Assembly (NCBI GenBank): GCA_026708645.1
Contig: JAPOUM010000032.1
Location: 1,929 to 65,928 of the forward strand
DNA length: 64,000 nt
Source: Acidimicrobiaceae bacterium
Lineage (GTDB): Bacteria; Actinomycetota; Acidimicrobiia; Acidimicrobiales; Aldehydirespiratoraceae
Reading direction: 5' to 3'
The position numbers and the translations under genes were made by a program. Of this stretch, positions 7,213-18,034 are shown one piece after another (the first letter of the stretch is position 1; each line of letters opens with the position of its first letter). The notes below the pieces were generated by a model. It was not told the origin of the DNA. It searched no databases and saw only the letters and a program-made list of their open reading frames with translations.

Positions 7213-9330
7213 CTACTCAGAACCGGATCCGGCCTCAGAACCGGCTACAGATTCGGTCTCGTGCCCGGACGGGGACTCGTGACCGGGTTCGGGCTCAGGC
7301 GCACCAGCCGCCAGCAGGCGCGGTCGGGGCTCGTTGAGCAGCGCGCCTCCCGGAGGCTGCAGCGTGAAGCCCGACGTGTAGTCGATGATCTCCAAGAACC
7401 ACTCGACGCCTTCTGCCAGGGTCTCGCAGTCCCGGAAGGTCTGGCCGCCGGACACGGCCTCGAAACAGACGCCGGCCTGCCATCTCCAAATCCCCGGTGT
7501 CGCCAGTTCCCAGCGGCAGTCGACGTAGGAATCAGCTGAGACCGTCGCTTTGGCGATCGGGCACGACGGGGCGCTGACGTCGTGGTTTACATGGTTGCGC
7601 TGGGCCTGAGCCTTCTCTGCGGCACTGAGGTTGTCCCAGATCTGCAGATAAATGCCGAACCCCGCATCGGGCCGCAGCGAATCGGCGCGGCGCATGGCGG
7701 CGTAATGGGTCGAGTTCCACGCCAGAAGCTGAGTCAGGCGGGCCTCGAAGGAGACGACCCGCCAGCCGCAGCCGTCGTTGCCGACGACGTTCCAGCCGCC
7801 CTGGGCTGAGACCACAGGCCACATGGGCGATGCCGAAAGGTGCAGGTAGGCGCCGCCTCCCGGCACGTCGCGATGGGGAGGCCAGGGTCTGCCCGGTTCG
7901 CCTCGAGTTCCGAGATTCGCGAGAGTCGCCCACTGCAGCCGGCTCAGGAGCCCGTTGCGGCGGTTGCCGTCAAGCGTCAGGCCGCTGCCGCACGCTTTGT
8001 CGGCGGGCAGCTTCGGCGCCCCCGGATTCGAGGAATCGGGATCCGCGGGGTCGGGAGGGTTCTTCGTGTCAGGCTTGCCGGGCTCGCCGGGTCTGGAAGG
8101 TTTGCCTGATTTGCCAGGTTTGCCAGGTTTGTCGGGATCGGCAGGTTTGCCAGGTTTGCCGGGTTTGCCCGGATCGCCTGGTTGGTCGGGCGGGCGCGTT
8201 GTCGGGGGTCGGGGACCGTTGTCGGTGCCTTCGGGTGTGATTCGATCCAAGAAGGCCGCTAGCTGCTCGTTGGTCATCGTCGAGTCGGGGTCGGCGTCGG
8301 GGCGGATGTAGGGGTTGGAGATCCCGTCGCCGTCGCGGTCGTGGCCCTTCAGGATGCCCCTGTCAGCCAGTTCCGAAGCCACTTTGAAGGGATCGTCGGG
8401 GTCATAAGTGATGCTCAGTCCTGCTGCGATCACGTTGAACATGTCGCCACGGTCGACCTCGACCGACTCGCTGTTCTTGAGAGCCTCTATGGCGGCGTCA
8501 GTGTCGAAATCGCTGTTGTGGCTGCCGTAGGCCTCGATGATTCTGCGAAGGTCCTCGATGTTGGTGTCACGGTCGTGATCGAAGGATTCGGGCAGGTAGC
8601 CCTTGGACACGCCGGAGTCGACATGACCGCACGCCCAGCCGCGACAACCCGTCTGCGTCGTCGTGGTGGTCGCCGGTCTTCGGGTTGTGGTGGTGACAGG
8701 CCGCCGTCGTGGCTGGGGGATGGTCGAGGAGGGCCGTCGTCGGGTTGTGGTGGTCGCGGGCCGTCGGGTTGCTTGTTGTCTTTTGGTCGTGGTGGTGGCC
8801 GGTCGTTTGGTTGTGGTGGTGGCGGGTGGTCGGCGTGGCCGTTTGGTTGTGGTGGTTGCCCGGTAGCAGCTGTAGCGGCTGTAGCAGCGTGGTCGTTTGG
8901 TTGTGGTGGCGGGTGGTCGGCGTGGCCGTTTGGTTGTGGTGGTTATCCGGTAGCAGCTGTAGGGGTTGTAGCAGCGGGGTCGTTTGGTTGTGGTGGCGGG
9001 TGGTCGGCGTGGCCGTTTGGTGGTGGTGGTTATCCGGTAGCAGCTGTAGGGGTTGTAGCAGCGGGGTCGTTTGGTGGTGGTGGTTGCCCGGTAGCAGCTG
9101 TAGCGGCTGTAGCAGCGCGGTTTAGCGGTCGTGGTGGGCGTTCGGTGGCTGTGACCCGGCGGACCGGGATGAGCCCAGGCAGGCTGGGCCCCCAAGCTCG
9201 GCGAAGCGGAGTCATGCTGGGCATAAACGGCGCCCAGTACCGTCAGTCCTGTCAGTGCCAAGATCAGCAGCCTGTGACGCCGCTGTTGCTTCGACGGCAG
9301 CGGATCAGGCGATCTTGTTGGAGAAGTCAT
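7213..9330 (-). CDS. secreted or membrane-anchored repeat protein of unknown function
   Basis: Signal-anchor [21 protein letters not shown], basic Thr-rich repeats with RCY(S/N)(R/P)YSCYR motifs, DxDxDG-like loops, a [10 protein letters not shown] tract and a Trp/Cys-rich C-terminal domain. It ends 24 nt before cpaB. Confidence 0.75.
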   Translation of the reverse strand: MTSPTRSPDPLPSKQQRRHRLLILALTGLTVLGAVYAQHDSASPSLGAQPAWAHPGPPGHSHRTPTTTAKPRCYSRYSCYRATTTTKRPRCYNPYSCYRITTTTKRPRRPPATTTKRPRCYNPYSCYRITTTTKRPRRPPATTTKRPRCYSRYSCYRATTTTKRPRRPPATTTTKRPATTTTKRQQATRRPATTTTRRRPSSTIPQPRRRPVTTTTRRPATTTTTQTGCRGWACGHVDSGVSKGYLPESFDHDRDTNIEDLRRIIEAYGSHNSDFDTDAAIEALKNSESVEVDRGDMFNVIAAGLSITYDPDDPFKVASELADRGILKGHDRDGDGISNPYIRPDADPDSTMTNEQLAAFLDRITPEGTDNGPRPPTTRPPDQPGDPGKPGKPGKPADPDKPGKPGKSGKPSRPGEPGKPDTKNPPDPADPDSSNPGAPKLPADKACGSGLTLDGNRRNGLLSRLQWATLANLGTRGEPGRPWPPHRDVPGGGAYLHLSASPMWPVVSAQGGWNVVGNDGCGWRVVSFEARLTQLLAWNSTHYAAMRRADSLRPDAGFGIYLQIWDNLSAAEKAQAQRNHVNHDVSAPSCPIAKATVSADSYVDCRWELATPGIWRWQAGVCFEAVSGGQTFRDCETLAEGVEWFLEIIDYTSGFTLQPPGGALLNEPRPRLLAAGAPEPEPGHESPSGHETESVAGSEAGSGSE
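8837..9120. repeat. 87-bp tandem coding repeats (units begin at 8837, 8924 and 9011, plus a shorter fourth unit)
   Basis: Near-identical units read directly. They encode PRCY(N/S)(P/R)YSCYR(I/A)[17 protein letters not shown]. Confidence 0.85.
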
Positions 9331-9421
9331 CGGGCCTCCGTTGGTTGGTTGTGCTCGGCGTTTGTCGTGCGGGCGGCGCCGTCAGGGCATCGGGCGGCAG
9401 AACGGCGCACAGCAGAAGTCG

Positions 9422-10414
9422 TCAGCAGTAGACGATGAAGTAGCGCTCCGGTGTGGCGTGGTGATGTTCCATCCACTCCTCGGCGAGGCGCGCCGACCGG
9501 TCGCAGTCGCGTCTCTCACGGCCCTTGGGCCGGTTCTGCACCCAGCGCGCCCAGGCGCCGCAGTCCGAGCCGAAGCGCTGTTCGGGCTGCTCTCCGAAGA
9601 GAGAAGTGCGAGTCTCTAGCTCGACGTCGGCGGGCAGGACGATGCGGCACTGCTCGGCCAGAGACACCGTGTCCGACAGCAGCAGCCCGGCGTCGTTGAA
9701 GCGCCCGGCCGGCGGGTCGGCAGCCGGCGGGTCGATGACGCTGGCGCAATTGTGCCAGCCGTGACGGTTCTGGACCGTCTTGCCGCGTGCCCCGCTGCCG
9801 TAGGCGTCGGCGCGTGCCTGATACTCGTTGAGCACGCACCACGGATGCGCGCCCAGATAGTCCAGCGCCCATTTCATCTCGTAAAGCAGCCAGGTGCAGT
9901 TGCCGCGCGGCTGATCGAAACACCAGCTCGTCCAGCCGACCACGTCTCTCGTCCAGCGCGGCAGTTCGTCGGTCGGCCCGCTGGCACAGATGCCGCCTGC
10001 TCCGAGCTCGGGTCGGGGAGCGAAGCAGTCCGACAAGTCCTGCGGGGTCTCCCACTCCGTCGGCGGATAGCAGTCCGATGCCCGAGGGGGGCCCGGAGCG
10101 CAGTCGGGGTGATTCCAATAGGGATGCCGGCGCGGGATCATGCCCGCCCGCGGCGCCGGCGGATGCCCGCCCTCGGGCGTGGTCCCGGCGCCCTCTGCTG
10201 TGACCGGGATCGTGTCGCTCGCCGCCGTCGCCGCGGCTCGCAGCGGAACCAGCAGGCCCGGCGCTCTCGTCTCCGCCCGTGCGCCTGTGCCGGGATCGTC
10301 GTCGCTGGTCGCCGGGTCGCCGCCGGCGACAGCCGTCAAGCCACGGTCGTCGGCGCTGCTCGATTGGCTGCAACTGCTTGCGAGCACCCCGAGCGCCGCC
10401 AGCAGCGCGAGCAT
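9422..10414 (-). CDS. Cys-rich putative lipoprotein, unknown function
   Basis: ORF 9422..10639 trimmed to the ATG at 10414, giving MLALLAALGVLASSC (a lipobox-like LASSC). At least 12 Cys in the mature part. No family recognised. Confidence 0.55.
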   Translation of the reverse strand: MLALLAALGVLASSCSQSSSADDRGLTAVAGGDPATSDDDPGTGARAETRAPGLLVPLRAAATAASDTIPVTAEGAGTTPEGGHPPAPRAGMIPRRHPYWNHPDCAPGPPRASDCYPPTEWETPQDLSDCFAPRPELGAGGICASGPTDELPRWTRDVVGWTSWCFDQPRGNCTWLLYEMKWALDYLGAHPWCVLNEYQARADAYGSGARGKTVQNRHGWHNCASVIDPPAADPPAGRFNDAGLLLSDTVSLAEQCRIVLPADVELETRTSLFGEQPEQRFGSDCGAWARWVQNRPKGRERRDCDRSARLAEEWMEHHHATPERYFIVYC

Positions 10415-10499
10415 CCGCAAACGACGACCAGGGCCGCCGATCGCCCGCCGACTGCAGCTTGGAGCGGCGCCCCGACCCGCGCCCCGCCGACGCTCTTGA

Positions 10500-10640
10500 A
10501 CAGCAGATAACTGAGAATCATATAAATGCATGAAAACAGTAAAGCAGGTTTGAAATGCTTTCACAACCCTTTTCAAGTATTTTCTGATTATTTCTTGATC
10601 CAAGCATCTCAGCGACTGCTGCGCCGCTGGCGAAAACAAG
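10500..10640. promoter_or_regulatory. AT-rich divergent promoter region or 5' leader
   Basis: About 120 nt of markedly low GC (ataactgagaatcatataaatgcatgaaaacagtaaagc...) between the minus-strand lipoprotein/Tad genes and hpnC. Confidence 0.35.
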
Positions 10641-10774
10641 CCCTGACGTGGATTTCCCCCGCCCCTGGTCGCCGCCGTCGTCCGCGGCGGACGGCGGTTG
10701 CCTCAGGCGTAGCCGCTGCCGACGGATGTGCTCGTCCGCGCCGAACCTGCACAGGCCCGGTGGGCGGTGAGTGG

Positions 10775-10780
10775 TAGCTT
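10775..10780 (+). promoter_or_regulatory. -10-like hexamer TAGCTT, 7 nt before the hpnC ATG (leaderless geometry)
   Basis: TANNNT hexamer, then caactga, then the ATG at 10788. No SD is present. Confidence 0.35.
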
Positions 10781-10787
10781 CAACTGA

Positions 10788-11684
10788 ATGAGCGAGGGCG
10801 CCGGCGCAGTCGAGCGACACGTGAAGTTGGATCAGGTGATGGCCCAGGCGTCGGCTGAGAACTTCCCGGTGGCTCTGCGTCTGTTGCCCAAAGAGGCTCA
10901 AGGTCATCTGCGAGCCATCTACGGGTATGCGCGCCTAGTGGATGATCTCGGCGACGAGTACCCAGGCGACAGGCACGCAGCCCTCGACTGGGTGCAAACG
11001 CAACTGGATGCGCTGTTCGCCGGCAGCCCCCGCCACGAAGCCTTCGCCGCGCTGGCTGCGACCGTGACACGTTTCGATCTCAGTCGAGAGCCCTTCGATC
11101 AGCTCTTGGCCGCCAACCGGCTCGATCAGCACAAGACCGGCTGCGCCGACTTCGACGAGCTGATGCACTACTGCACGTTGTCGGCCAACCCCGTGGGGCG
11201 CCTCGTGCTGGAAGTGTTCGAGGCGGCCACCCTGCAACGCTTGGCCCTCTCCGATCAGGTCTGCAGCGCCTTGCAGGTGCTGGAGCATCTGCAAGACGTG
11301 GCCGAGGACGCCTCCAGGGGCCGCGTCTACCTGCCCGCGGACGACATGGCGCGTTTCGGTGTGGACGCAGCGGATCTCGCAGCGCCGACCGCATCACCGG
11401 CGCTGCGAGGCTTGGTGGCGTATCAGGCGGCCCGAGCGAAGGCCATGATGCAGCAGGGCATTGCACTGGTGGCGTCTCTGAGAGGCCCGGCACGTCTGGC
11501 TGTCAGCGGTTTCGTGGCCGGGGGGCTCGCCGGACTGGACGCGTTGGAGGCGTCGCGCTTCGAGGTGCTGGGCGCCACCCGCAAGGCTGGGACATTCAGA
11601 CTTCTGTCCTGTCTGGCGCGGCTGCATGTCGCCGCGGCCCGCCACAAGGCCGCATCGCCTCGGAACAGCGAAGACTCGCCATGA
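10788..11684 (+). CDS. hpnC: squalene synthase HpnC (hydroxysqualene synthase)
   Basis: AENFPVALRLLPKEAQGHLRAIYGYARLVDDLGDE and a second Asp-rich motif LQDVAEDASRGRVYLP. Stop/start overlap with hpnD. Confidence 0.85.
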   Translation: MSEGAGAVERHVKLDQVMAQASAENFPVALRLLPKEAQGHLRAIYGYARLVDDLGDEYPGDRHAALDWVQTQLDALFAGSPRHEAFAALAATVTRFDLSREPFDQLLAANRLDQHKTGCADFDELMHYCTLSANPVGRLVLEVFEAATLQRLALSDQVCSALQVLEHLQDVAEDASRGRVYLPADDMARFGVDAADLAAPTASPALRGLVAYQAARAKAMMQQGIALVASLRGPARLAVSGFVAGGLAGLDALEASRFEVLGATRKAGTFRLLSCLARLHVAAARHKAASPRNSEDSP

Positions 11685-12565
11685 CCGAAGCGATCTCGAC
11701 CGAGGCGGCCTATCAGCGTTGCGAGCAGATCACCTGGACACAGGCCCGCAACTTCGCTTACGGGATCCGGCTGCTGCCGCCGACGAAACGCAGAGCCTTG
11801 GCAGCGCTCTACGCCATGGCCCGACGCATCGACGACGTGGGCGACGGCGACTGGCCCGACGACCGCAAACTGGCGGCGCTGGAAGATCTTCACCGGTCGA
11901 TCGACGCCCTTGCAGACGGCAGGGTCGCCGACGAGTCCGATCCGGTGCTGGTGGCTGTGGGTCATGCCGCTTCGGAGCACCCGATCCCGGTGCAGGCGCT
12001 GCATGAGATAGTGGAAGGCTGCGAACTGGATGTGCGCGCCGCGGCTTACGCCACCATGGACGACACGGTGCGCTACTGCCGGCTGGTGGCCGGCTCGGTG
12101 GGCCGCCTGTCGCTGGGCGTTTTCGGCGCCAAGCCTGCGTCCGCGGCCCAGCCGCCGCCGCGGCCCCTGGAAGAGCTGGCCGATGATCTCGGTGTCGGAT
12201 TGCAGCTCACCAACATGCTGCGCGACGTGCTCGAGGACTGCAGCATGGGGCGCGTCTATCTGCCGGAGAGCGAGCGCGAACGCTTCGGGATCGAACCCGG
12301 CGGCTGGGAACCTGCCGACAACGCCGCAGAGATGCTGCAGTTCGTGGCCGGTCAAGCGGTGGCCTGGTTCGAGCGCGGCCTGATCCTGCTGGATCATCTC
12401 GACTATCGCAGCCGGGCCTGCACTGCCGCCATGGCCGGCATCTACCGCAGGCTGCTGAGCCGCATCATGGCTGATCCGCGAGCCCCGTTGAGCGGCCGTG
12501 TCAGCCTGCCCGCCTCGCACAAGGCTCTGGTGGCGGCGCGCAGCCTGGCAGGTCTGCGACCGTGA
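11681..12565 (+). CDS. hpnD: presqualene diphosphate synthase HpnD
   Basis: YQRCEQITWTQARNFAYGIRLLPPTKRRALAALYAMARRIDDVGD and MLRDVLEDCSMGRVYLP. ATGA overlap with hpnC. Confidence 0.85.
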   Translation: MTEAISTEAAYQRCEQITWTQARNFAYGIRLLPPTKRRALAALYAMARRIDDVGDGDWPDDRKLAALEDLHRSIDALADGRVADESDPVLVAVGHAASEHPIPVQALHEIVEGCELDVRAAAYATMDDTVRYCRLVAGSVGRLSLGVFGAKPASAAQPPPRPLEELADDLGVGLQLTNMLRDVLEDCSMGRVYLPESERERFGIEPGGWEPADNAAEMLQFVAGQAVAWFERGLILLDHLDYRSRACTAAMAGIYRRLLSRIMADPRAPLSGRVSLPASHKALVAARSLAGLRP

Positions 12566-14049
12566 GCCCCGCGTCGGCGAATGCCGGCCCCGGCAAGCCG
12601 CGGGTGGCAGTGATCGGCGGCGGACTGGCCGGCTTGTCGGCTGCTATAGAAGCCGCCGACCGCGGCGCTGCGGTGACCCTGTTCGAGCGGCGCCCCCGCC
12701 TGGGCGGCGCCACTTGGTCGTTCGAGCGCAACGGCATCTGGTTCGACAACGGCCAGCATGTCTACATGCGCTGCTGCACCGCTTATCGGGCCTTCTTGCA
12801 GCGGATCGGCGCCGACTCAGATGTGAGGCTGCAGAAACGGCTCGACGTCGTGGTGCTGTCGCCGGGCGGCCGACGCGCCGCGATCAAACGAACCATCGGC
12901 CCGGCGCCGCTGCACTTGGCGCCGGCTCTGCTGGCCTACCGCCATCTGAGCCTGCGTCAAAGGCTTGCGGCGGCGCGCGCCGGGCTGGCGCTGCGACGCC
13001 TGGATCCTGACGACCGGGACCTCGACCGGATGACTTTCGGCGAATGGCTGGAGGCGCGCGGCCAGGACGCGGCGGCGGTGGAGGGCTTCTGGAATCTGAT
13101 CGTTCTGCCGACCGTGAACGTCAACGCTGCCGAGGTTTCGCTGAAGCTCGCAGCGCGGGTCTTCGTGACCGGGATGCTCACCGAGGCGGGCGCGGCCGAC
13201 ATCGGCTGGTCTCGCACGCCTTTGACGGCCCTGCATGCCGATGCCGGACGCCGGGCGTTGCAGGCGGCTGGAGGCGAGATCCGCTCGAGGCTCTCAGTGA
13301 CAGCGGTGAAGCCGGGCGCGCAGGGTCTGGAAGTTCACCTGAGCAAGTCGCCAGGAACACCGCGCAGCAGCGAGCCGCCGACCGCCGGCGGATCAACAGA
13401 CGACAGCGGATCGACGGGCGACGATGGAACCTCCGGCGCCGACCGCTCCGACGCTCAGGCAGCGGCGGCCGACGCGGTGGTGGTGGCCGTGCCTCACGAC
13501 GCCGCTGCCGGGCTGTTGCCGCCTGGAACGCTCGCCGCCCAGGAGAGGCTGTCAGAGCTGGGCAGCTCCCCGATAGTCAACGTTCATCTGGTCTACGACC
13601 GGCCTGTCACCGACTTGGACTTCTTCGCGACCGTCGGCAGCGACGCGCAGTTCGTTTTCGACCGCACCGAGGCCGCAGGCCTCGACGACGGGCGTCAATG
13701 CCTGGCGGTGTCGCTGTCGGCGGCCGAGTCCTACATAGGCCGGACCTCGGCTGACCTGGTGTCGCATTTCAGCGCCGAGATCACACGGCTGCTGCCGGCT
13801 GCGGCTGACGCCGAAGTCACCGATTCGATGGTCACACGCGAGCGTTCGGCCACCTTCATGGGGCGCCCCGGAACCGATCCGTTGCGCGCGCCTTGCGAAT
13901 CCCGTCTGCCCGGCGTCTATGTGGCCGGCGCCTGGACCGACACCGGCTGGCCCGCCACCATGGAAGGCGCAGTCCGCAGCGGGACCGCCGCCGGCCGCCT
14001 CGCCGTCGAGTTCGCCTCCGTGGCCGCGGGCCGCAGCCGCGGAGGCTGA
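12562..14049 (+). CDS. hpnE: hydroxysqualene dehydroxylase HpnE (FAD-dependent amine-oxidase fold)
   Basis: Dinucleotide-binding motif VAVIGGGLAGLSAAIEAADRG. GTGA overlap with hpnD. Contains a low-complexity insert SKSPGTPRSSEPPTAGGSTDDSGSTGDDGTSGADRSD. Confidence 0.8.
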   Translation: MSPASANAGPGKPRVAVIGGGLAGLSAAIEAADRGAAVTLFERRPRLGGATWSFERNGIWFDNGQHVYMRCCTAYRAFLQRIGADSDVRLQKRLDVVVLSPGGRRAAIKRTIGPAPLHLAPALLAYRHLSLRQRLAAARAGLALRRLDPDDRDLDRMTFGEWLEARGQDAAAVEGFWNLIVLPTVNVNAAEVSLKLAARVFVTGMLTEAGAADIGWSRTPLTALHADAGRRALQAAGGEIRSRLSVTAVKPGAQGLEVHLSKSPGTPRSSEPPTAGGSTDDSGSTGDDGTSGADRSDAQAAAADAVVVAVPHDAAAGLLPPGTLAAQERLSELGSSPIVNVHLVYDRPVTDLDFFATVGSDAQFVFDRTEAAGLDDGRQCLAVSLSAAESYIGRTSADLVSHFSAEITRLLPAAADAEVTDSMVTRERSATFMGRPGTDPLRAPCESRLPGVYVAGAWTDTGWPATMEGAVRSGTAAGRLAVEFASVAAGRSRGG

Positions 14050-14117
14050 ATCGTCGCTGAATCGTCGTTGATGCGAGCGAGCTCACGGCAACGATGAACG
14101 CGGCGTTCGCTAGCGGC

Positions 14118-14123
14118 TAGTAT
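14118..14123 (+). promoter_or_regulatory. -10-like hexamer TAGTAT, 7 nt before the ATG at 14131 (leaderless geometry)
   Basis: TAGTAT, then cgagccc, then ATG. No SD. Confidence 0.35.
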
Positions 14124-14130
14124 CGAGCCC

Positions 14131-14754
14131 ATGTCTTTCCAGCACGCCCAATCGTCGGGTGCAGGCTCTGCGGGGAGGGCTGTCGTGCTTGTACTGGTAG
14201 CGGTTGTTCTGGGTGCGTTCCTGCTGGCTCGCGGCTTCGATGACGACGCCGGTAGTTCCCAGGACACGTCCGGCGAAGAATCCGCAGAACCCGCCGGCAG
14301 CGGATCCCAAGCGCAGCCTGAAGTCACCGCGACCACTGTCGCCGGTGCTCCCGCGACTACCACCACCTCCACCACCGTGGCGCCGCCGCCGGTGGTCACC
14401 AGGCCCGCCGGCGAGGTGAAGGTGGCTGTGATGAACGGCACCGGGGTGCGCGGCCGCGCAGGCCGCACCGCCGACAAGCTCAACGCCGGCGGCTATGTCA
14501 CCGCAGCCAAGAACACTCAGCAGGACCGTGTGGAGAACTCGGTCGTCTACTACCGGCAGGGTTACGGCGACGACGCCAAAGCAGTGGCTTCAGCGCTCGG
14601 CGCCGCGGCCGACATCATCACGCCCGCACCGGCCACGATCATGACACTGATACGAAACCCGGAGTCACCGGCGGATCTGGTGGATTTCCACGTTTTCGTG
14701 GTGCTCGGCACCGACGACACGATTCTCGATCCGACGCCGCCCGCCGCCGGCTGA
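14131..14754 (+). CDS. LytR_C domain-containing membrane protein
   Basis: TM helix AVVLVLVAVVLGAFLLA, a Thr/Pro linker, then VKVAVMNGTGVRGRAGRTADKLNAGGY...VVYYRQGYGDDAKAVASALG, which is typical of the LytR C-terminal domain. Confidence 0.75.
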   Translation: MSFQHAQSSGAGSAGRAVVLVLVAVVLGAFLLARGFDDDAGSSQDTSGEESAEPAGSGSQAQPEVTATTVAGAPATTTTSTTVAPPPVVTRPAGEVKVAVMNGTGVRGRAGRTADKLNAGGYVTAAKNTQQDRVENSVVYYRQGYGDDAKAVASALGAAADIITPAPATIMTLIRNPESPADLVDFHVFVVLGTDDTILDPTPPAAG

Positions 14755-14788
14755 CGCGTCCCGCTGGCCGCAGCCCCGGCACAGGGCA

Positions 14789-15799
14789 GTGACGGCATTG
14801 CGGCTGCTGGCAGCGCCCGACAAGTTCCGAGGCACCGCCTCGGCGCACCAGATCGCTGCGGCAGTCGCCGCAGCAGGCGCCGCAGTCTCGGCCGAATGCG
14901 ACTCGGCGCCCATGGCCGACGGCGGCGAAGGCACCCTTGAAGCCCTCGGCGGCGCCAACCGCCGAAGCGCTGTCACGGGCCCGGCCGGTGATCCTGTGAC
15001 CGCGCCCTGGCGGCTGAGCAGGGGCGTCGCCGTCGTGGAGATGGCCCTCGCCTCCGGTCTGGCCCTCGCCGGCGGCGCCGCCCGCAACGACCCGGTGAAC
15101 GCCACCACCGCAGGCACCGGCGAACTGATCGCCGCAGCCGTCGCCGCCGGCGCACGGCGAGTGCTGGTGGCCGTGGGGGGTTCGGCCACCACGGACGGCG
15201 GACTCGGCGCGCTGGAAGCTCTGCCGTCGCCTGCTCGGATGACCGGCGTGGAGATGGTGGTGGCCTGCGACGTGCGCACGGAGTTTCTGGACGCAGCGAC
15301 GGTCTTCGGCCCGCAGAAGGGCGCAACGCCGCCCCAAGTCGAGTTGCTGACTCGCCGGCTCAAACGTCTGGCGCAGATCTATGAGCGCGACTTCGGGGTG
15401 GACGTCACCGAACTGTCTGGCGCCGGCGCGGCCGGGGGGCTCGCCGGGGGGCTCGCGGCTCGCGGCGCCGCGCTGCTCGACGGTTTCACGGTGGTGGCCG
15501 ATGAGACAGGTCTGCCCGAGCGCATCGAGGACGCCGATGTGGTGGTCACCGGCGAGGGGCGCTACGACGCCACGTCCGCGCAAGGCAAAGTGGTGGGCGG
15601 CGTCGCGGCGCTGGCGGCCGCGGCCGGCGTTCGGGCGGTGGCGGTGGTCGGCTCAGCCGACCCCGGTGCCGTCGCGGCGGCGCCGGAGGGCTTGGAGATC
15701 ATCGACCTGACCGCCCGGTTCGGGCCGTCGAGGGCCATGGACGACCCGTGCGGCTGCGTGACAGAAGCCGTGGAGAGCTTGCTTCGGTTGCAGCGCTAG
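14789..15799 (+). CDS. glxK: glycerate kinase
   Basis: LLAAPDKFRGTASAHQIAAAV...PMADGGEGTLEAL...VVTGEGRYDATSAQGKV. GTG start. Confidence 0.85.
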   Translation: MTALRLLAAPDKFRGTASAHQIAAAVAAAGAAVSAECDSAPMADGGEGTLEALGGANRRSAVTGPAGDPVTAPWRLSRGVAVVEMALASGLALAGGAARNDPVNATTAGTGELIAAAVAAGARRVLVAVGGSATTDGGLGALEALPSPARMTGVEMVVACDVRTEFLDAATVFGPQKGATPPQVELLTRRLKRLAQIYERDFGVDVTELSGAGAAGGLAGGLAARGAALLDGFTVVADETGLPERIEDADVVVTGEGRYDATSAQGKVVGGVAALAAAAGVRAVAVVGSADPGAVAAAPEGLEIIDLTARFGPSRAMDDPCGCVTEAVESLLRLQR

Positions 15800-15811
15800 G
15801 ATCAGGCGCCT

Positions 15812-16087
15812 ATGGCTGTGACCGTGCGAGTGCCCACCACTTTGAGAGTTCTGACCGCCGGCGCGTCGGAGGCGTCCGTCGAAGGCGCCACCCTGGCCGA
15901 GGTGCTCGAGTCGCTCGAGTCGAAGCACCCCGGATTCGCCGAGCGGATACTGGATGACGCAGGCGAGCTGCGCCGCTTCGTCAACGTGTTCGTCGACGAC
16001 GACGACGTCCGCTTCCTCGACGGACTCGACACATCGGTCGCTGAAGGCGTCACAGTCAGCATCGTGCCCGCCGTCGCAGGCGGCTGA
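15812..16087 (+). CDS. MoaD/ThiS-family ubiquitin-like sulfur-carrier protein
   Basis: A 91-aa protein ending in ...VSIVPAVAGG (C-terminal GG) with the typical beta-grasp pattern. Confidence 0.7.
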   Translation: MAVTVRVPTTLRVLTAGASEASVEGATLAEVLESLESKHPGFAERILDDAGELRRFVNVFVDDDDVRFLDGLDTSVAEGVTVSIVPAVAGG

Positions 16088-16099
16088 TACGCAATCTAG

Positions 16100-17884
<1,785 letters not shown>

Positions 17885-17963
17885 AAGCCTCAGGCTCTCA
17901 GGCTCGCCTCTCGAGAGAGACTTGCCGTAAAAGCCCCCTCGGGAGACCTCAACTCTCCCTGAA

Positions 17964-18011
17964 GCAGCAGCCCGGCGCTTGCCCCCCATTCTTCAGGCGC
18001 CGGGCTGCTGC
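17964..18011 (+). terminator. 15-bp perfect stem-loop downstream of groEL
   Basis: gcagcagcccggcgc (17964-17978) pairs with gcgccgggctgctgc (17997-18011). No clear U-tract follows. Confidence 0.5.
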
Positions 18012-18034
18012 GCGCCCGGCTAGTTTGCACTCTC

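Noticed and set aside
6386-7282. Long ORFs antisense to, or frame-shifted against, convincing genes. Examples: 6386..7282(+), 6500..7192(-), 8341..9438(+), 11423..12520(-), 14639..15583(-), 16742..17989(-), 24417..25856(+), 25915..27234(+), 29713..31026(+), 36187..37707(-), 44482..45660(-), 52571..53371(-), 54030..54860(-), 59983..61377(-).
   Set aside because: Their translations are Arg/Ala/Gly/Pro-rich low-complexity strings with no motifs. Each overlaps a gene with clear family signatures on the other strand or in another frame. Stop-poor alternative frames are expected in high-GC DNA.
9422-10639. The ATG at 10639 as the start of the lipoprotein gene (405-aa version).
   Set aside because: The extra 75 residues are encoded by the AT-rich leader and read unlike a signal peptide. 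The internal ATG at 10414 gives a canonical lipoprotein signal.
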